From positions 1 to 25,725 of IMG/VR virus record IMGVR_UViG_3300025097_000048: 25,725 nt of DNA, one strand, 5' to 3'. This document shows positions 1-9,095 of this stretch, piece by piece (position 1 is the first letter of the stretch; the number at the start of each line of letters is the position of its first letter). The position numbers were made by a program, and so were the translations under genes. Source of the DNA: a virus. Taxonomy: Duplodnaviria; Caudoviricetes. Below the pieces are notes generated by a model. The model made no database searches. It was given only the letters and a program-made list of their open reading frames with translations, and was not told the DNA's origin.

Positions 1-1002
1 TGCTGTGTCTCCACCTGCTCCTTCGGCAACGTATACAACGCAAAGTCTTTGACCCGCCGTACCGTTAGCTAGAGTAAGTGCGTCACCTGTACCAGTAGTG
101 GTCACTTCGTGAACACCACCAGTAATAGCTACTGCACCTGCTCCTGAAGTAGTTGTCCTCTCTCCATAGACAATACCGCCATCTAAGACCACGTTGCTTG
201 CGCCCCCTGGACTTAAGTTAATATCACCTGATCCGTCTGTATCTATTGTAAAACTATCGCCACTGTTGAAAGCTGAGAGCTTAACTTCTGTAGATTCTCT
301 AAGAATAGACATCCATTCAGAGTGTGAACCTGAACCGTCTTGTCCGCCAATTAGCAAACCACCCAATTCTGCACCACCTGTTGGATCTGCAATGATACCT
401 TCTATTGTTACATATTCAGTAACATTGCCACCGTCATCTTTTCCTTCGAAGCCGATAAGACCTATAGAATCCATTGCAGCTGGTGAAGCTGAGTTTTGGT
501 AAAGGATTAGTTCTGCTCCCTCCGATCCGTCATCTGTATGGATGATTGTAACTTCGCCTGAGCCATTAGAGAGGTCTGCAACTAGAGGGATAGCTGAAGA
601 CACTGTTACTTCACCCAGATTATCCATAGTGGTATGCCCACTCATAGTAACTGCTGCGGCTACGGCTGATACGTTACCAACTAACAAATCACCATCAGCT
701 AATGCAATTTCGCCAGCCACAATAGAATCCAACGCTTCAAATGTACATGAAGTTGTTAAACCTGTATTTCTATACAACCCCTCTGTCGCAGCTCCCGCAT
801 CAGTCTTCCTGAATGTACCAGCTTTTGAAAAGCCAGCCAATGAACTTGGAACCGTTGTTCCACTTGACAGTAAAATGTGCCCGTCACCATCTACCATCTC
901 TATCTTTACCTCTGTGGTTCCGATAGTAACTAGTTGACCAGCAGCACCTAAATAGTTAGCTGTTATTGGTCTATTAAATATTTTTCCTCTTGGTTGTGCC
1001 AT
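1..1002 (-). CDS. Virion structural protein (head fibre/decoration-like), 3' end runs off the window
   Basis: ATG at 1002 (MAQPRGKIFNRPITANYLGAAG...), open to position 1. G/T/S/A/V-rich beta-type composition, directly after the major capsid gene. Absent from the ORF track because it has no stop in the window. Confidence 0.7.
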   Translation of the reverse strand, partial: MAQPRGKIFNRPITANYLGAAGQLVTIGTTEVKIEMVDGDGHILLSSGTTVPSSLAGFSKAGTFRKTDAGAATEGLYRNTGLTTSCTFEALDSIVAGEIALADGDLLVGNVSAVAAAVTMSGHTTMDNLGEVTVSSAIPLVADLSNGSGEVTIIHTDDGSEGAELILYQNSASPAAMDSIGLIGFEGKDDGGNVTEYVTIEGIIADPTGGAELGGLLIGGQDGSGSHSEWMSILRESTEVKLSAFNSGDSFTIDTDGSGDINLSPGGASNVVLDGGIVYGERTTTSGAGAVAITGGVHEVTTTGTGDALTLANGTAGQRLCVVYVAEGAGGDTA

Positions 1003-1070
1003 AAATTTTATTATGTATAGAGACTAATAAGTTCTTACCCAAAGGTCTATACATGAATTATTACTTAAAC

Positions 1071-1096
1071 GAGAGGTGGCCATAAGACCACCCCTC
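1071..1096 (-). terminator. Hairpin after major capsid gene (terminator or stabiliser)
   Basis: Minus strand GAGGGGTGGTC-TTAT-GGCCACCTCTC (11 bp including G-U) just after the MCP stop. The U tract that follows is weak (GTTTAA). Confidence 0.6.
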
Positions 1097-1103
1097 TATA
1101 TTT

Positions 1104-2282
1104 TTACACAGCAGGTTCTACATTAACCTCAACAAGAGCATCAGCACCATCACTGAATGTCTTTAGACCATATAGGTCATAAGCGATTAAGTATACACCT
1201 AATTTTAGTTCTGCGTCCTGAATCTTTAGACTAGGAGCAGCTTGTACTACCATGTCAATAGCGCCTTTTCGGCCGAACATGCAGTATACAGTTTCTGCGG
1301 ACCAAGGATCTGCGGTCTCTGAAGCTTCTACAGCAACTTCACCACCACCAGGCATAACAATACCTAATGTAGTTGTTCCGTCAGTAGCTTCCAATCCTTC
1401 TAATAAAGCTTGGCTATCAGCTGATAAAGCAATACCTGTAGCTGTAGTTGTTGTAGGGTCATCCAATAAAGTTACAATGTTATCAATTGTAACAGCAGTT
1501 GATCCACCAATGTCAATTTGACCAGCAGTTGCAGGAGCAGCTTTAAACTCTAAAGTAACACCGTTGATTTCAATTGTATCACCGTCTGTTGGGTTATTTG
1601 CTGGAGTCCAAGTAGCTGAGAATCGTAGGTTATTTGAAACATAAATCTCAAATCCGAATCTTCGTCCTACTAGTCCGTTAGCACCAACTTCGTCTCCGAA
1701 ATCTGTGTCTTTACCTGCTAGATAAAGTTGGATTTGTTCCAACATACCTGGAGTAATAACAGCATATCGCATGTCTTGCTTTATATTCAACTGGTTCAAT
1801 TTTCGTGAAGCAGCAGTAAATAAAGAATTAACATTTGAAGTTGAAACTACTACTGAGTTTCCTGCAGTACCACCAATGTCACCGTCATCTATATCAGATG
1901 TAGCATTAGTAACTTCTGCCAAGAAAGCAGCATCCATTTGTCTAGAGAGATCTTCTTGCATGTCTCTTGCGAAACTTGCTTGTGTTGTATAACTATTCTG
2001 GATAGCATCAATGTCATCCAAGTAAATAGGTACAGCCTTGATCTGGTCAACATCTAAATATTCATCAGTTGCTGATACATCTTGTGCTGTTAGTGCAGTT
2101 GCTTTAGTATAATTAACTGCGTATAAGTTTGAACGATAAGGTTTGTGTGCTTTGTCCCCATCGGTTAGCTTTGCTCTTAATTCGGTGTTAGCCAGTGCCA
2201 TTGCTACTGTCATTTTTTCTCTGACAAGTTGCATTTCATCTGACCAAACCTCCTTATTTAGAGCTGTTAAGGAATTAGCCAT
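1104..2282 (-). CDS. Major capsid protein (HK97 fold, P22-coat-like) with an inserted domain
   Basis: 392 aa, starts MANSLTALNKEVWSDEMQ; capsid-like motifs (RYAVITP, GLVGRRFGFEIYVSNN, YDLYGLKTF); follows portal and scaffold. Confidence 0.85.
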   Translation of the reverse strand: MANSLTALNKEVWSDEMQLVREKMTVAMALANTELRAKLTDGDKAHKPYRSNLYAVNYTKATALTAQDVSATDEYLDVDQIKAVPIYLDDIDAIQNSYTTQASFARDMQEDLSRQMDAAFLAEVTNATSDIDDGDIGGTAGNSVVVSTSNVNSLFTAASRKLNQLNIKQDMRYAVITPGMLEQIQLYLAGKDTDFGDEVGANGLVGRRFGFEIYVSNNLRFSATWTPANNPTDGDTIEINGVTLEFKAAPATAGQIDIGGSTAVTIDNIVTLLDDPTTTTATGIALSADSQALLEGLEATDGTTTLGIVMPGGGEVAVEASETADPWSAETVYCMFGRKGAIDMVVQAAPSLKIQDAELKLGVYLIAYDLYGLKTFSDGADALVEVNVEPAV

Positions 2283-2320
2283 AAAGTTTGGTTTAATACT
2301 TCAGGCCATAAGAGAATAAA

Positions 2321-2956
2321 TTATCTCTTCATAAACTTCATTCCACCACTATCTGAATTTGCTTCAAGGTACGCTCGGAACTCTGTCTTCTTTTCAGAAG
2401 TTAAGTTACGATACGCCTCACCAGATTCATCAGCGGCAATTCTTTCAAAGCTCAAGTTGCCTGTACCAGTTCTATCAGTAGAATTAGTAATAGCATCTTC
2501 AACTCTGTTCTCACGAGATTCTTCATTCACCATAGACTGAAAGTATGGTGATTTAATTATTTCTTGTGGTGTTTTATTTTCAACTGTTGCGTACTTTATA
2601 GCCATGTTGACTTGACCCATGGTTAGTTCAGGGTTGTCAACCTTTACCTCTAAAGCAGCTAGTCTATCAATTTCCACCTTGGCCTCGCTAGATTTAGATT
2701 CCTTCTTAGGTTCTTCCTTAGGCTTTAAGGCCTCTAGATCACCTTGAAGCTTTCTTGAAGCTTCCTCTTGTTCTTTGAACTTGTCCCTCCAGTATTGCTT
2801 TTGGGCAATAGCTGTCTGGAACTTCTTTGAAGTATCATCGTCTAGCATGTCCAACTCTTCACTTGATAGAGTTAGGTCTTCATTGTTTTCATTAGATGTT
2901 TGCTCATCTACGCTTGTTTCATTAGGCTCTACGCTGTCCTTGATGTCTTCTATCAT
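2321..2956 (-). CDS. Capsid scaffolding protein
   Basis: 211 aa with acidic N-terminus and coiled-coil character, immediately upstream of the MCP. Confidence 0.7.
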   Translation of the reverse strand: MIEDIKDSVEPNETSVDEQTSNENNEDLTLSSEELDMLDDDTSKKFQTAIAQKQYWRDKFKEQEEASRKLQGDLEALKPKEEPKKESKSSEAKVEIDRLAALEVKVDNPELTMGQVNMAIKYATVENKTPQEIIKSPYFQSMVNEESRENRVEDAITNSTDRTGTGNLSFERIAADESGEAYRNLTSEKKTEFRAYLEANSDSGGMKFMKR

Positions 2957-2966
2957 ATAGTTTTTG

Positions 2967-3007
2967 AGGGTTTGTTCCCTATTTAATTTATTGTGGGTTT
3001 TTTCCCA
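2967..3007 (-). promoter_or_regulatory. Tandem small hairpins upstream of scaffold start (putative translational operator)
   Basis: Minus strand TGGG-AAAAAA-CCCA-CAA and AGGG-AACAAA-CCCT-CAA; the second ends about 10 nt before the ATG. Confidence 0.45.
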
Positions 3008-3247
3008 TTATTTAAAGGATCGTCTCTCGCCTTCCTTTCGGTTGGCTACTGAACGCTCTATTACACCTACTACTTCACTTATGATCTTTACCGCCTTCTC
3101 TCTACTCAACGCTTCCAATGCAACCTCCCCAGCTATCCTTGATCCATACTCTTTTGAGATCAACTTATCTGTTACCTCCTTGAACAGTTCTTTTACTAGA
3201 TCAAAGTAATCGCTCTCTGCTAATCTTTCTAGCTTTGATGTATCCAT
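3008..3247 (-). CDS. Small head-module protein (hypothetical)
   Basis: 79-aa helical ORF between portal and scaffold, joined to portal by TAG-T-ATG. Confidence 0.65.
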   Translation of the reverse strand: MDTSKLERLAESDYFDLVKELFKEVTDKLISKEYGSRIAGEVALEALSREKAVKIISEVVGVIERSVANRKEGERRSFK

Positions 3248-3248
3248 A

Positions 3249-5060
3249 CTATTCTGTTGCTATATTAGCGTCAGGTGGCCCTGTAGGAGCTCCTATGGCT
3301 CCCTGTGGTCCTGACGGTGCTTGTTGTGGTTGTAGTTGCTGTACAACCTGTGCCTGTTGTTTCTGGATATCTATCTCACTTAATCCTGATAGGTTCAATA
3401 ACTCTTGCAATACTGGACTATTAACCAACTGTGGACTAGCTCCAAGTAGTTGTAGGATAGTAGTAAGCGTTGTTATTCGTTCAGCCTTATCCAGACTCTC
3501 ATCTGTTACTACCACCTTAAGTTCTACATCCTTATAAAAGTCTTTAGAGATGTTGATAGCCATTCCATTAGTAGATACTGCTCGTTGTACTAGCATGTCC
3601 TCTATCTGTTGTGCTTCTTCTGCTGTTGGGAACTTACCTGTATCCATCACAATGTTCTTTACTGCATCCCATGCTTGCTTCTTACCAACCTCTCTTGCTA
3701 GGTATTCATACTCAGCCTTATCAGTAATTTGAAGTATATGCTCTTGACTAGTCTTCTTCATCAGTTCAGGTAAGATCCAGTCTTGTACAAGCTCTTCTAG
3801 GAATAGACCATAGTTCTGTCTAATGAAGTCAAACAACTTGTTTGCGTTTCTGTTAAGCATCAACCCAAGTCTGAATGGTGTACCAGCAGGCATTGTCTCA
3901 CCTGTGGTAGCTTCAAAACTGTTTGCTAACTCATTTGCTAAACTATCCACTTGTTGTGCTACTGCACTATTAACATTCATTGATCGTACTTCTGTAGGTA
4001 TTCTATTAATAGCTCCTTCTACCTGTATAACATCTCCACTCATTAGATCAGTTAATACATTCTTTGCGAAGCTCTTGTCATTAGTAGCTAGTAAGATAAG
4101 GTTAGCTAGTTCCATTGCCTTGATCTCATAGTTGACTTGTGTATTCTTTAACTCCTGCATTTCAAACATATCCTCTACAATACCGTATCCGAGCCATCTA
4201 CCTACCTCCTTGTCATAATGTACTTCTTTATATAACTTCGTTCTATACTCTTTTGTTGTTAGTTTCTCGCTAAATAGTTTTAGTCCGTCACCTGCAGTCT
4301 TCTGTTGACCTGTACCTTCAGGCATTACTACAACCCACATCTGTGGCACTATATCTGTATCATCATAGTCGTCTGTTAGGAAGGTCTCTTCCATCTCAGC
4401 AGTAAGTTCCACCACTCGTATAAACTTAGCATTGCCCATTTGTGGTTCGTACTTATCTTTACTCGTGACATAGTTTTCTTTTCTATATGTACTAAAATTC
4501 TCAATAGCGTTCTCAATGTTCTCTTTATCCCAGCCTTTCTTCTCTCTTAACTCACTAGGAGTGTAATAATGTTCTTCTAACCGCCAACTGTTCTTTAAGC
4601 TACTAGCAGTCATATCATTCTTAAAGTTCCGTAAGTCTACCATCTCAAAGATCTCGTCTCCACCTACACGCTTGACCGCAACTGTACCATATTTAGGTAG
4701 TGTTGCTGTGATCTCATTAAGCTTCTTTCCAAGCTTGGTGTCTCTCATATAGATCTCAAGCTCTCTACGAAGTAACCACACCTTTGAATAGTCTTCAGGC
4801 TTCATGGCCATTAGTTCTATGTTCTTTGTATCTATGTCAATGTTCTTCTGTGCATTCTTCACCCTCGGTTTAGTAAAGTTATAAAAAAACTTACGACCAA
4901 ACTCGTCTATATTACCTGTATCAAACTTACCAGCGTAATAACGATTGATCTTCTTAATTGTGTCTAATTGACTAAATTCGTATCCGTCAACAATAGTCAC
5001 GGAGTTGTTATCAAAGTCCTCCTCAAAATCGTTAATGATACTGTAAATGCTTTTTGGCAT
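3249..5060 (-). CDS. Portal protein (P22-like)
   Basis: 603 aa. Position in the head module, GRWLGYGIVED..EMQELKN motif and Q/P-rich C-terminal tail are typical of podovirus portals. Confidence 0.8.
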   Translation of the reverse strand: MPKSIYSIINDFEEDFDNNSVTIVDGYEFSQLDTIKKINRYYAGKFDTGNIDEFGRKFFYNFTKPRVKNAQKNIDIDTKNIELMAMKPEDYSKVWLLRRELEIYMRDTKLGKKLNEITATLPKYGTVAVKRVGGDEIFEMVDLRNFKNDMTASSLKNSWRLEEHYYTPSELREKKGWDKENIENAIENFSTYRKENYVTSKDKYEPQMGNAKFIRVVELTAEMEETFLTDDYDDTDIVPQMWVVVMPEGTGQQKTAGDGLKLFSEKLTTKEYRTKLYKEVHYDKEVGRWLGYGIVEDMFEMQELKNTQVNYEIKAMELANLILLATNDKSFAKNVLTDLMSGDVIQVEGAINRIPTEVRSMNVNSAVAQQVDSLANELANSFEATTGETMPAGTPFRLGLMLNRNANKLFDFIRQNYGLFLEELVQDWILPELMKKTSQEHILQITDKAEYEYLAREVGKKQAWDAVKNIVMDTGKFPTAEEAQQIEDMLVQRAVSTNGMAINISKDFYKDVELKVVVTDESLDKAERITTLTTILQLLGASPQLVNSPVLQELLNLSGLSEIDIQKQQAQVVQQLQPQQAPSGPQGAIGAPTGPPDANIATE

Positions 5061-5068
5061 ATCTTATG

Positions 5069-6862
5069 TTAAATATTTATTCTAGCCTCGGCTATTTTTA
5101 TATAATCTTCTTCTCTTTCTATTCCTATAAATTGTCTACCTGTATTCTTACAAGCTACACCTGTCGTTCCTGAACCCATAAATGGGTCTAGCACTATTCC
5201 ACCAGTAGGAGTTTTAGTTAGTGTGCATAGGTATTCCATTAGTTTAAGAGGTTTAACAGTGGGATGAGAATTTCGCATCAAATTATTCCTTTCATTCCCT
5301 GAACCAGTTTTTAATGTCTTGTCTTGTGTTACAGCCATACCACCACCTACCTTCTCCTCCAACCCCTCACACCCTGCGTTTCTTTCACTCTTTGAAGCCT
5401 TAGCTGTGTAGAAATACCTCTTCCATTCTTCATCTTTTGCCACTTCCTCATCTAGTATTATATTAGCTGGGAATCTGCCTTGTGTTGTTGCGTTCTTAAT
5501 CTCTTCTTTGACACATTCTGGGTCTGAATAAATCTCTTTATCTGTAAATCTTAATACCTTATACCCACACTTTTTCATATAAGAATCTTGGCTTTTATCA
5601 AGTGCTTTCCTTTTTGGTTTACTGTGCCAATATTCTCCATCCCATTGAATAACCAGTTTATCTTTAGGGATATACACATCTACTAAGAACTTCTTTTCTA
5701 TTAAAGATTGTTCTTCAAACTCAACGCCAAGTTCTCTTAATATCTCACTACCTCGTTTTTCAAGATTATTTAATCCATTACTTTCTGCTTGCAAATAAGA
5801 CACCCAAACGCCTTTACATTTCTCTGAACAAGTGCTTCTATCTCCTTGACTTTTCGGTGCTTCAAATTCATTCTCACAAATATTACAAATATGCTTATTG
5901 CGATTCTTTTGAAATTCCTGCCTACATTCTGCATTGCAAAAATGATTTTTATACTTATCAAGAAAGCATTTCTTTACATACTTTTCCTTTCCACAACTAT
6001 CACAGTTCTTGTAAGCTCCTTTTTGCTCTGGTTTAATCCGTGCTCCGTCAATGTTTAACCCAGCCACTTTGTGTTTAAGAGCATTGTTTGCATAAGTTCC
6101 GTCATTAGGTTTTTGGGCTACCAAAATTGGTTCATAGGCTGGTTTAAGGCCGTGAGACTTCCAACCGTTCCATAGTTTGGCTTCGGGTGTTGATGGTTGA
6201 GTGATATCTTCTAAATCACCTACACTTGCATTCATTTTTATATTAGAATTTTCACTATTTGCCCTTTGTTTTTTTTGGGCTATAATCTCCCTTTCTGCTT
6301 CTCCTCTTTTAATAAGTTCATCAAACCTGTCATCCAAATCTAAAACTTCCTTTAGCTTTATATACATTCCCAAAGTAGGCAATTCATTGGTTTTTTTATC
6401 ACCCATAACACAACTCGCAAATCCACCACCTGTTAAGGCACTCTCCATTAATTCATTAACTTTTTTTAGTGTATACACTTTTTCTTTGCGTTTCTCGTTA
6501 CAATATTCTTTAAATCTTTCATCAAAATACCTCCCATTCCTCTTATCCAACTGTTTACTAATATCAGTAGCTTTCGGGAATCCTGAGCCATACAACCACA
6601 TAATAGTATCTTTCAAAATAAACCCTGCGTCTTCTACATTACAAGCCATTCTGTGTTGTGTTCTACTACCTGCAAAGATCAATGCTGTGCCACCTGGTTT
6701 CAGTACCCTCAAACACTCTTGCCATATCTCTATACTAGGTACATCATCATCCCATTTCTTTCCCATGAACGATAATCCGTAAGGAGGATCTGTTATTACA
6801 GTATCAACCGAGTTATCTTCAAGCTCTTTAAGTTTTTCTAAACAATCGCCATGTATAATCAT
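5069..6862 (-). CDS. Beta-class N6A/N4C DNA methyltransferase with inserted HTH and Zn-finger/Vsr-like (DUF559-like) endonuclease domains
   Basis: Likely start MIIHGDCLEKL at 6862 (TAA-A-ATG after terL). Motif IV TDPPY near the N-terminus; HPTVKP and motif I LDPFMGSGTTG near the C-terminus. Insert has CxxC...FCxxxC repeats and VDVYI...VIQWDGEYWH...GYKVLRF. Confidence 0.85.
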   Translation of the reverse strand: MIIHGDCLEKLKELEDNSVDTVITDPPYGLSFMGKKWDDDVPSIEIWQECLRVLKPGGTALIFAGSRTQHRMACNVEDAGFILKDTIMWLYGSGFPKATDISKQLDKRNGRYFDERFKEYCNEKRKEKVYTLKKVNELMESALTGGGFASCVMGDKKTNELPTLGMYIKLKEVLDLDDRFDELIKRGEAEREIIAQKKQRANSENSNIKMNASVGDLEDITQPSTPEAKLWNGWKSHGLKPAYEPILVAQKPNDGTYANNALKHKVAGLNIDGARIKPEQKGAYKNCDSCGKEKYVKKCFLDKYKNHFCNAECRQEFQKNRNKHICNICENEFEAPKSQGDRSTCSEKCKGVWVSYLQAESNGLNNLEKRGSEILRELGVEFEEQSLIEKKFLVDVYIPKDKLVIQWDGEYWHSKPKRKALDKSQDSYMKKCGYKVLRFTDKEIYSDPECVKEEIKNATTQGRFPANIILDEEVAKDEEWKRYFYTAKASKSERNAGCEGLEEKVGGGMAVTQDKTLKTGSGNERNNLMRNSHPTVKPLKLMEYLCTLTKTPTGGIVLDPFMGSGTTGVACKNTGRQFIGIEREEDYIKIAEARINI

Positions 6863-6863
6863 T

Positions 6864-9095
6864 TTATGTAAATCTATTTTTAGCTTTTGTTCTTGTTTCT
6901 TCAAAGTAGTCCAACTGATCCCTGTTACCTGTCTCACTAGTAGCATTAAGCCTACTGCTTATCTGTGCAAACTGTCTGAATGCATCACTGTTACTAACCA
7001 ACAACCCGTTTGCCAGATAACAATGGTGATGGCTTACGGTTATATCATATACAGGACACAAATTTCCCGTTGATAAGTTTACTACCCTTGCGTAATTTTG
7101 CTGCTCGTTTCCCTGCTTCTCGTAGTTGCTTCTTGTTTGCTTCGCTTCCAACCCACTTATTCGTTTTTGCATGTAGTTTAGAATGGTTTGAAGCGGAAAT
7201 ACACGCAAGGTTTTCAACAACATTGTTACTCTTATCGCCGTCCTTATGATGGATATGATAACCTTTCGGTATTTCTCCATTAACATCACTCCAAATAATC
7301 CTATGCAAGAAACTGTTTGTATACTTGCGACTATAGTATCCATCTGATTCTCTTTTGTAATATTTTTTTCCTTTATATTCTTGGAACGGATGTTTACTAG
7401 GCACTTTTCTGTTTGAACCCTTCTTTCTTTTTCTCCAATTATCTTTTTGGAAATTCTCCCAATCCCCATCAATCGGATAAATCTCATCTTTTCTAGTAAT
7501 TTCACCAACCCTATCTTCCCACAAAACTCTATGAAAAAGTTTTGTTTCCCCTCCTTTTTGCGACACGTAAAGTCTTCTTGTTTTCCAATAGTTATATCTT
7601 GTCCCTCCATATAAGATATAACACCCTTTCTTATCCCCTCTTTTTGAAATTTTTTCACATTCCATATTGGTTTTGTTAGTGTATGAATACTATCATTATA
7701 CACTAACTCATCTGCACATACAATACCTCTAGTCGTGAAAAACTTATGTTCAGGCGAAGTCTGTATTTCTGTACCATCTGTCAAACCAATCTTTATTGTT
7801 AAGGAGTCTTTTACATAACCTGAATGAGTAACCTCCCCATATACGCCATGAATATCTACTATGTCACCAACTAATATATCTTCTATGTTTTTATAACCAT
7901 TTTTCATCTTAATTTGCGTGCCAGCAACCGTACACCCGTGTGATGCCCAGTCATGTTGTGGTGTGTCGGAAAATATCTGCATCTTATCGTTCCATCGCTT
8001 CTTATAGCTCATTAGAGAGTTTAGTCCCTGGAAACAATTGTCTTTATCAAACCAACATTTATGGAATATAGCCCTTGTTGCCTGTATACCATCAGCTAGG
8101 CTTGGAGTTCTAGGCACTATCTTGAATGTAATACCCAACTTCTGTGCTGTCTCCCATCTAGTGACCCCTGTTGTTAGCTCTCGCACCTCTATATCGTGTG
8201 GAGCATAGTGACTGTCGTATATATAACCTTTCTGTTGACATATCTGTATGTAGTGTTGAAGACTCTCACCCTCGTTCTCATAGTAGTCTATGAATCTATA
8301 CTCTTGTCCAACTATCTGCATGAACCATATTGTCATGCTATCGCTTATACCTAAGTCCCAGAATGTGTATACAGGTAAGTTAGCGTCATATGGTATTCTA
8401 GTTATCCTGCCACTATTTCTAGCCTTCTCTAGTTGGTTAGCATAGTAAGCTCCTTTTAACGAAGCCTCAAACGAACAATAGAACTCTTGGTTAAACTCAT
8501 CTGCATCCATTACCTCTTGTGCATCTGCTAATTCTTCCTTATCAAGTATACCTGTGTCCTCAACTGTGAGTAGTGTAGAAAACCACTTATCATTAGTTTT
8601 TGCCTTGCTATATAGCTGGTAGAAGTCATTCATTCCCTTCGGTGTTCCTATCCATATCCCATACCCCTTATTATCAGCCAACGCTGGTCTTATAATTTCA
8701 GTAAAGATGTTGCTTGGTTGTTGTGAGTACTCATCAAATACCACACCCCACAAAGCAATTCCACGCAAACTGTCTGGATTGTCTGCTCCATATAATGTAA
8801 TTCTCGCACCATTAGGAAAGTCTACTCTCAATTCACTCTCATTTGTCTTTACTCCAGGAATAACCATTGAATAGTGTTTCAAGTAGTCCCAAATTATTTG
8901 CTTTCCTTGGCGATATGTGGGACTTATGAACGCGTATCTACTATCCTTATTCTTACAAGCATCTCTTATTAAATGGTTTATAGCTGCAACGCTTTTCCCG
9001 CATCTTCTATGGGCAACTATAACATTCCATCTCTTGTCAGTATCATGAAGTGCCAAAGCCCATTCTCTCGGTGCATATGGTATTTCGTATTTCAT
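6864..9095 (-). CDS. terL: Terminase large subunit, intein-containing
   Basis: Likely start MKYEIPY at 9095. Walker A HRRCGKS, Walker B VVFDEY, coupling motif GTPKG, nuclease WDLG and HDWASHG/SDAFR. About 428 aa after splicing. Confidence 0.93.
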   Translation of the reverse strand: MKYEIPYAPREWALALHDTDKRWNVIVAHRRCGKSVAAINHLIRDACKNKDSRYAFISPTYRQGKQIIWDYLKHYSMVIPGVKTNESELRVDFPNGARITLYGADNPDSLRGIALWGVVFDEYSQQPSNIFTEIIRPALADNKGYGIWIGTPKGMNDFYQLYSKAKTNDKWFSTLLTVEDTGILDKEELADAQEVMDADEFNQEFYCSFEASLKGAYYANQLEKARNSGRITRIPYDANLPVYTFWDLGISDSMTIWFMQIVGQEYRFIDYYENEGESLQHYIQICQQKGYIYDSHYAPHDIEVRELTTGVTRWETAQKLGITFKIVPRTPSLADGIQATRAIFHKCWFDKDNCFQGLNSLMSYKKRWNDKMQIFSDTPQHDWASHGCTVAGTQIKMKNGYKNIEDILVGDIVDIHGVYGEVTHSGYVKDSLTIKIGLTDGTEIQTSPEHKFFTTRGIVCADELVYNDSIHTLTKPIWNVKKFQKEGIRKGVISYMEGQDITIGKQEDFTCRKKEGKQNFFIEFCGKIGLVKLLEKMRFIRLMGIGRISKKIIGEKERRVQTEKCLVNIRSKNIKEKNITKENQMDTIVASIQTVSCIGLFGVMLMEKYRKVIISIIRTAIRVTMLLKTLRVFPLQTILNYMQKRISGLEAKQTRSNYEKQGNEQQNYARVVNLSTGNLCPVYDITVSHHHCYLANGLLVSNSDAFRQFAQISSRLNATSETGNRDQLDYFEETRTKAKNRFT
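6990..7934 (-). mobile_element. Intein (315 aa) in the TerL nuclease domain
   Basis: Block A CTVAGTQIKM, block B IQTSPEHKFFT, blocks F/G VYDITVSHHHCYLANGLLVSN followed by Ser+1. Removing it restores HDWASHG-SDAFR. Confidence 0.9.
7045..7665 (-). CDS. HNH homing endonuclease nested out of frame inside the TerL intein
   Basis: 206 aa. Intact LHRIIW...IPKGYHIHHKDGDKSNNVVENL...NHSKLH motif plus a degenerate upstream copy (LFHRVLW...IYPIDGDWENFQKDNW). Has its own ATG with an A-rich leader. Confidence 0.85.
   Translation of the reverse strand: MECEKISKRGDKKGCYILYGGTRYNYWKTRRLYVSQKGGETKLFHRVLWEDRVGEITRKDEIYPIDGDWENFQKDNWRKRKKGSNRKVPSKHPFQEYKGKKYYKRESDGYYSRKYTNSFLHRIIWSDVNGEIPKGYHIHHKDGDKSNNVVENLACISASNHSKLHAKTNKWVGSEANKKQLREAGKRAAKLRKGSKLINGKFVSCI

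Noticed and set aside
5770-5961. Out-of-frame 63-aa ORF inside the methylase insert, in the same relative frame as the intein/HNH overlap
   Set aside because: The frame is closed by TAA just upstream and at 5770, covers only part of the insert, starts with TTG and has no motifs. It is a shadow ORF.
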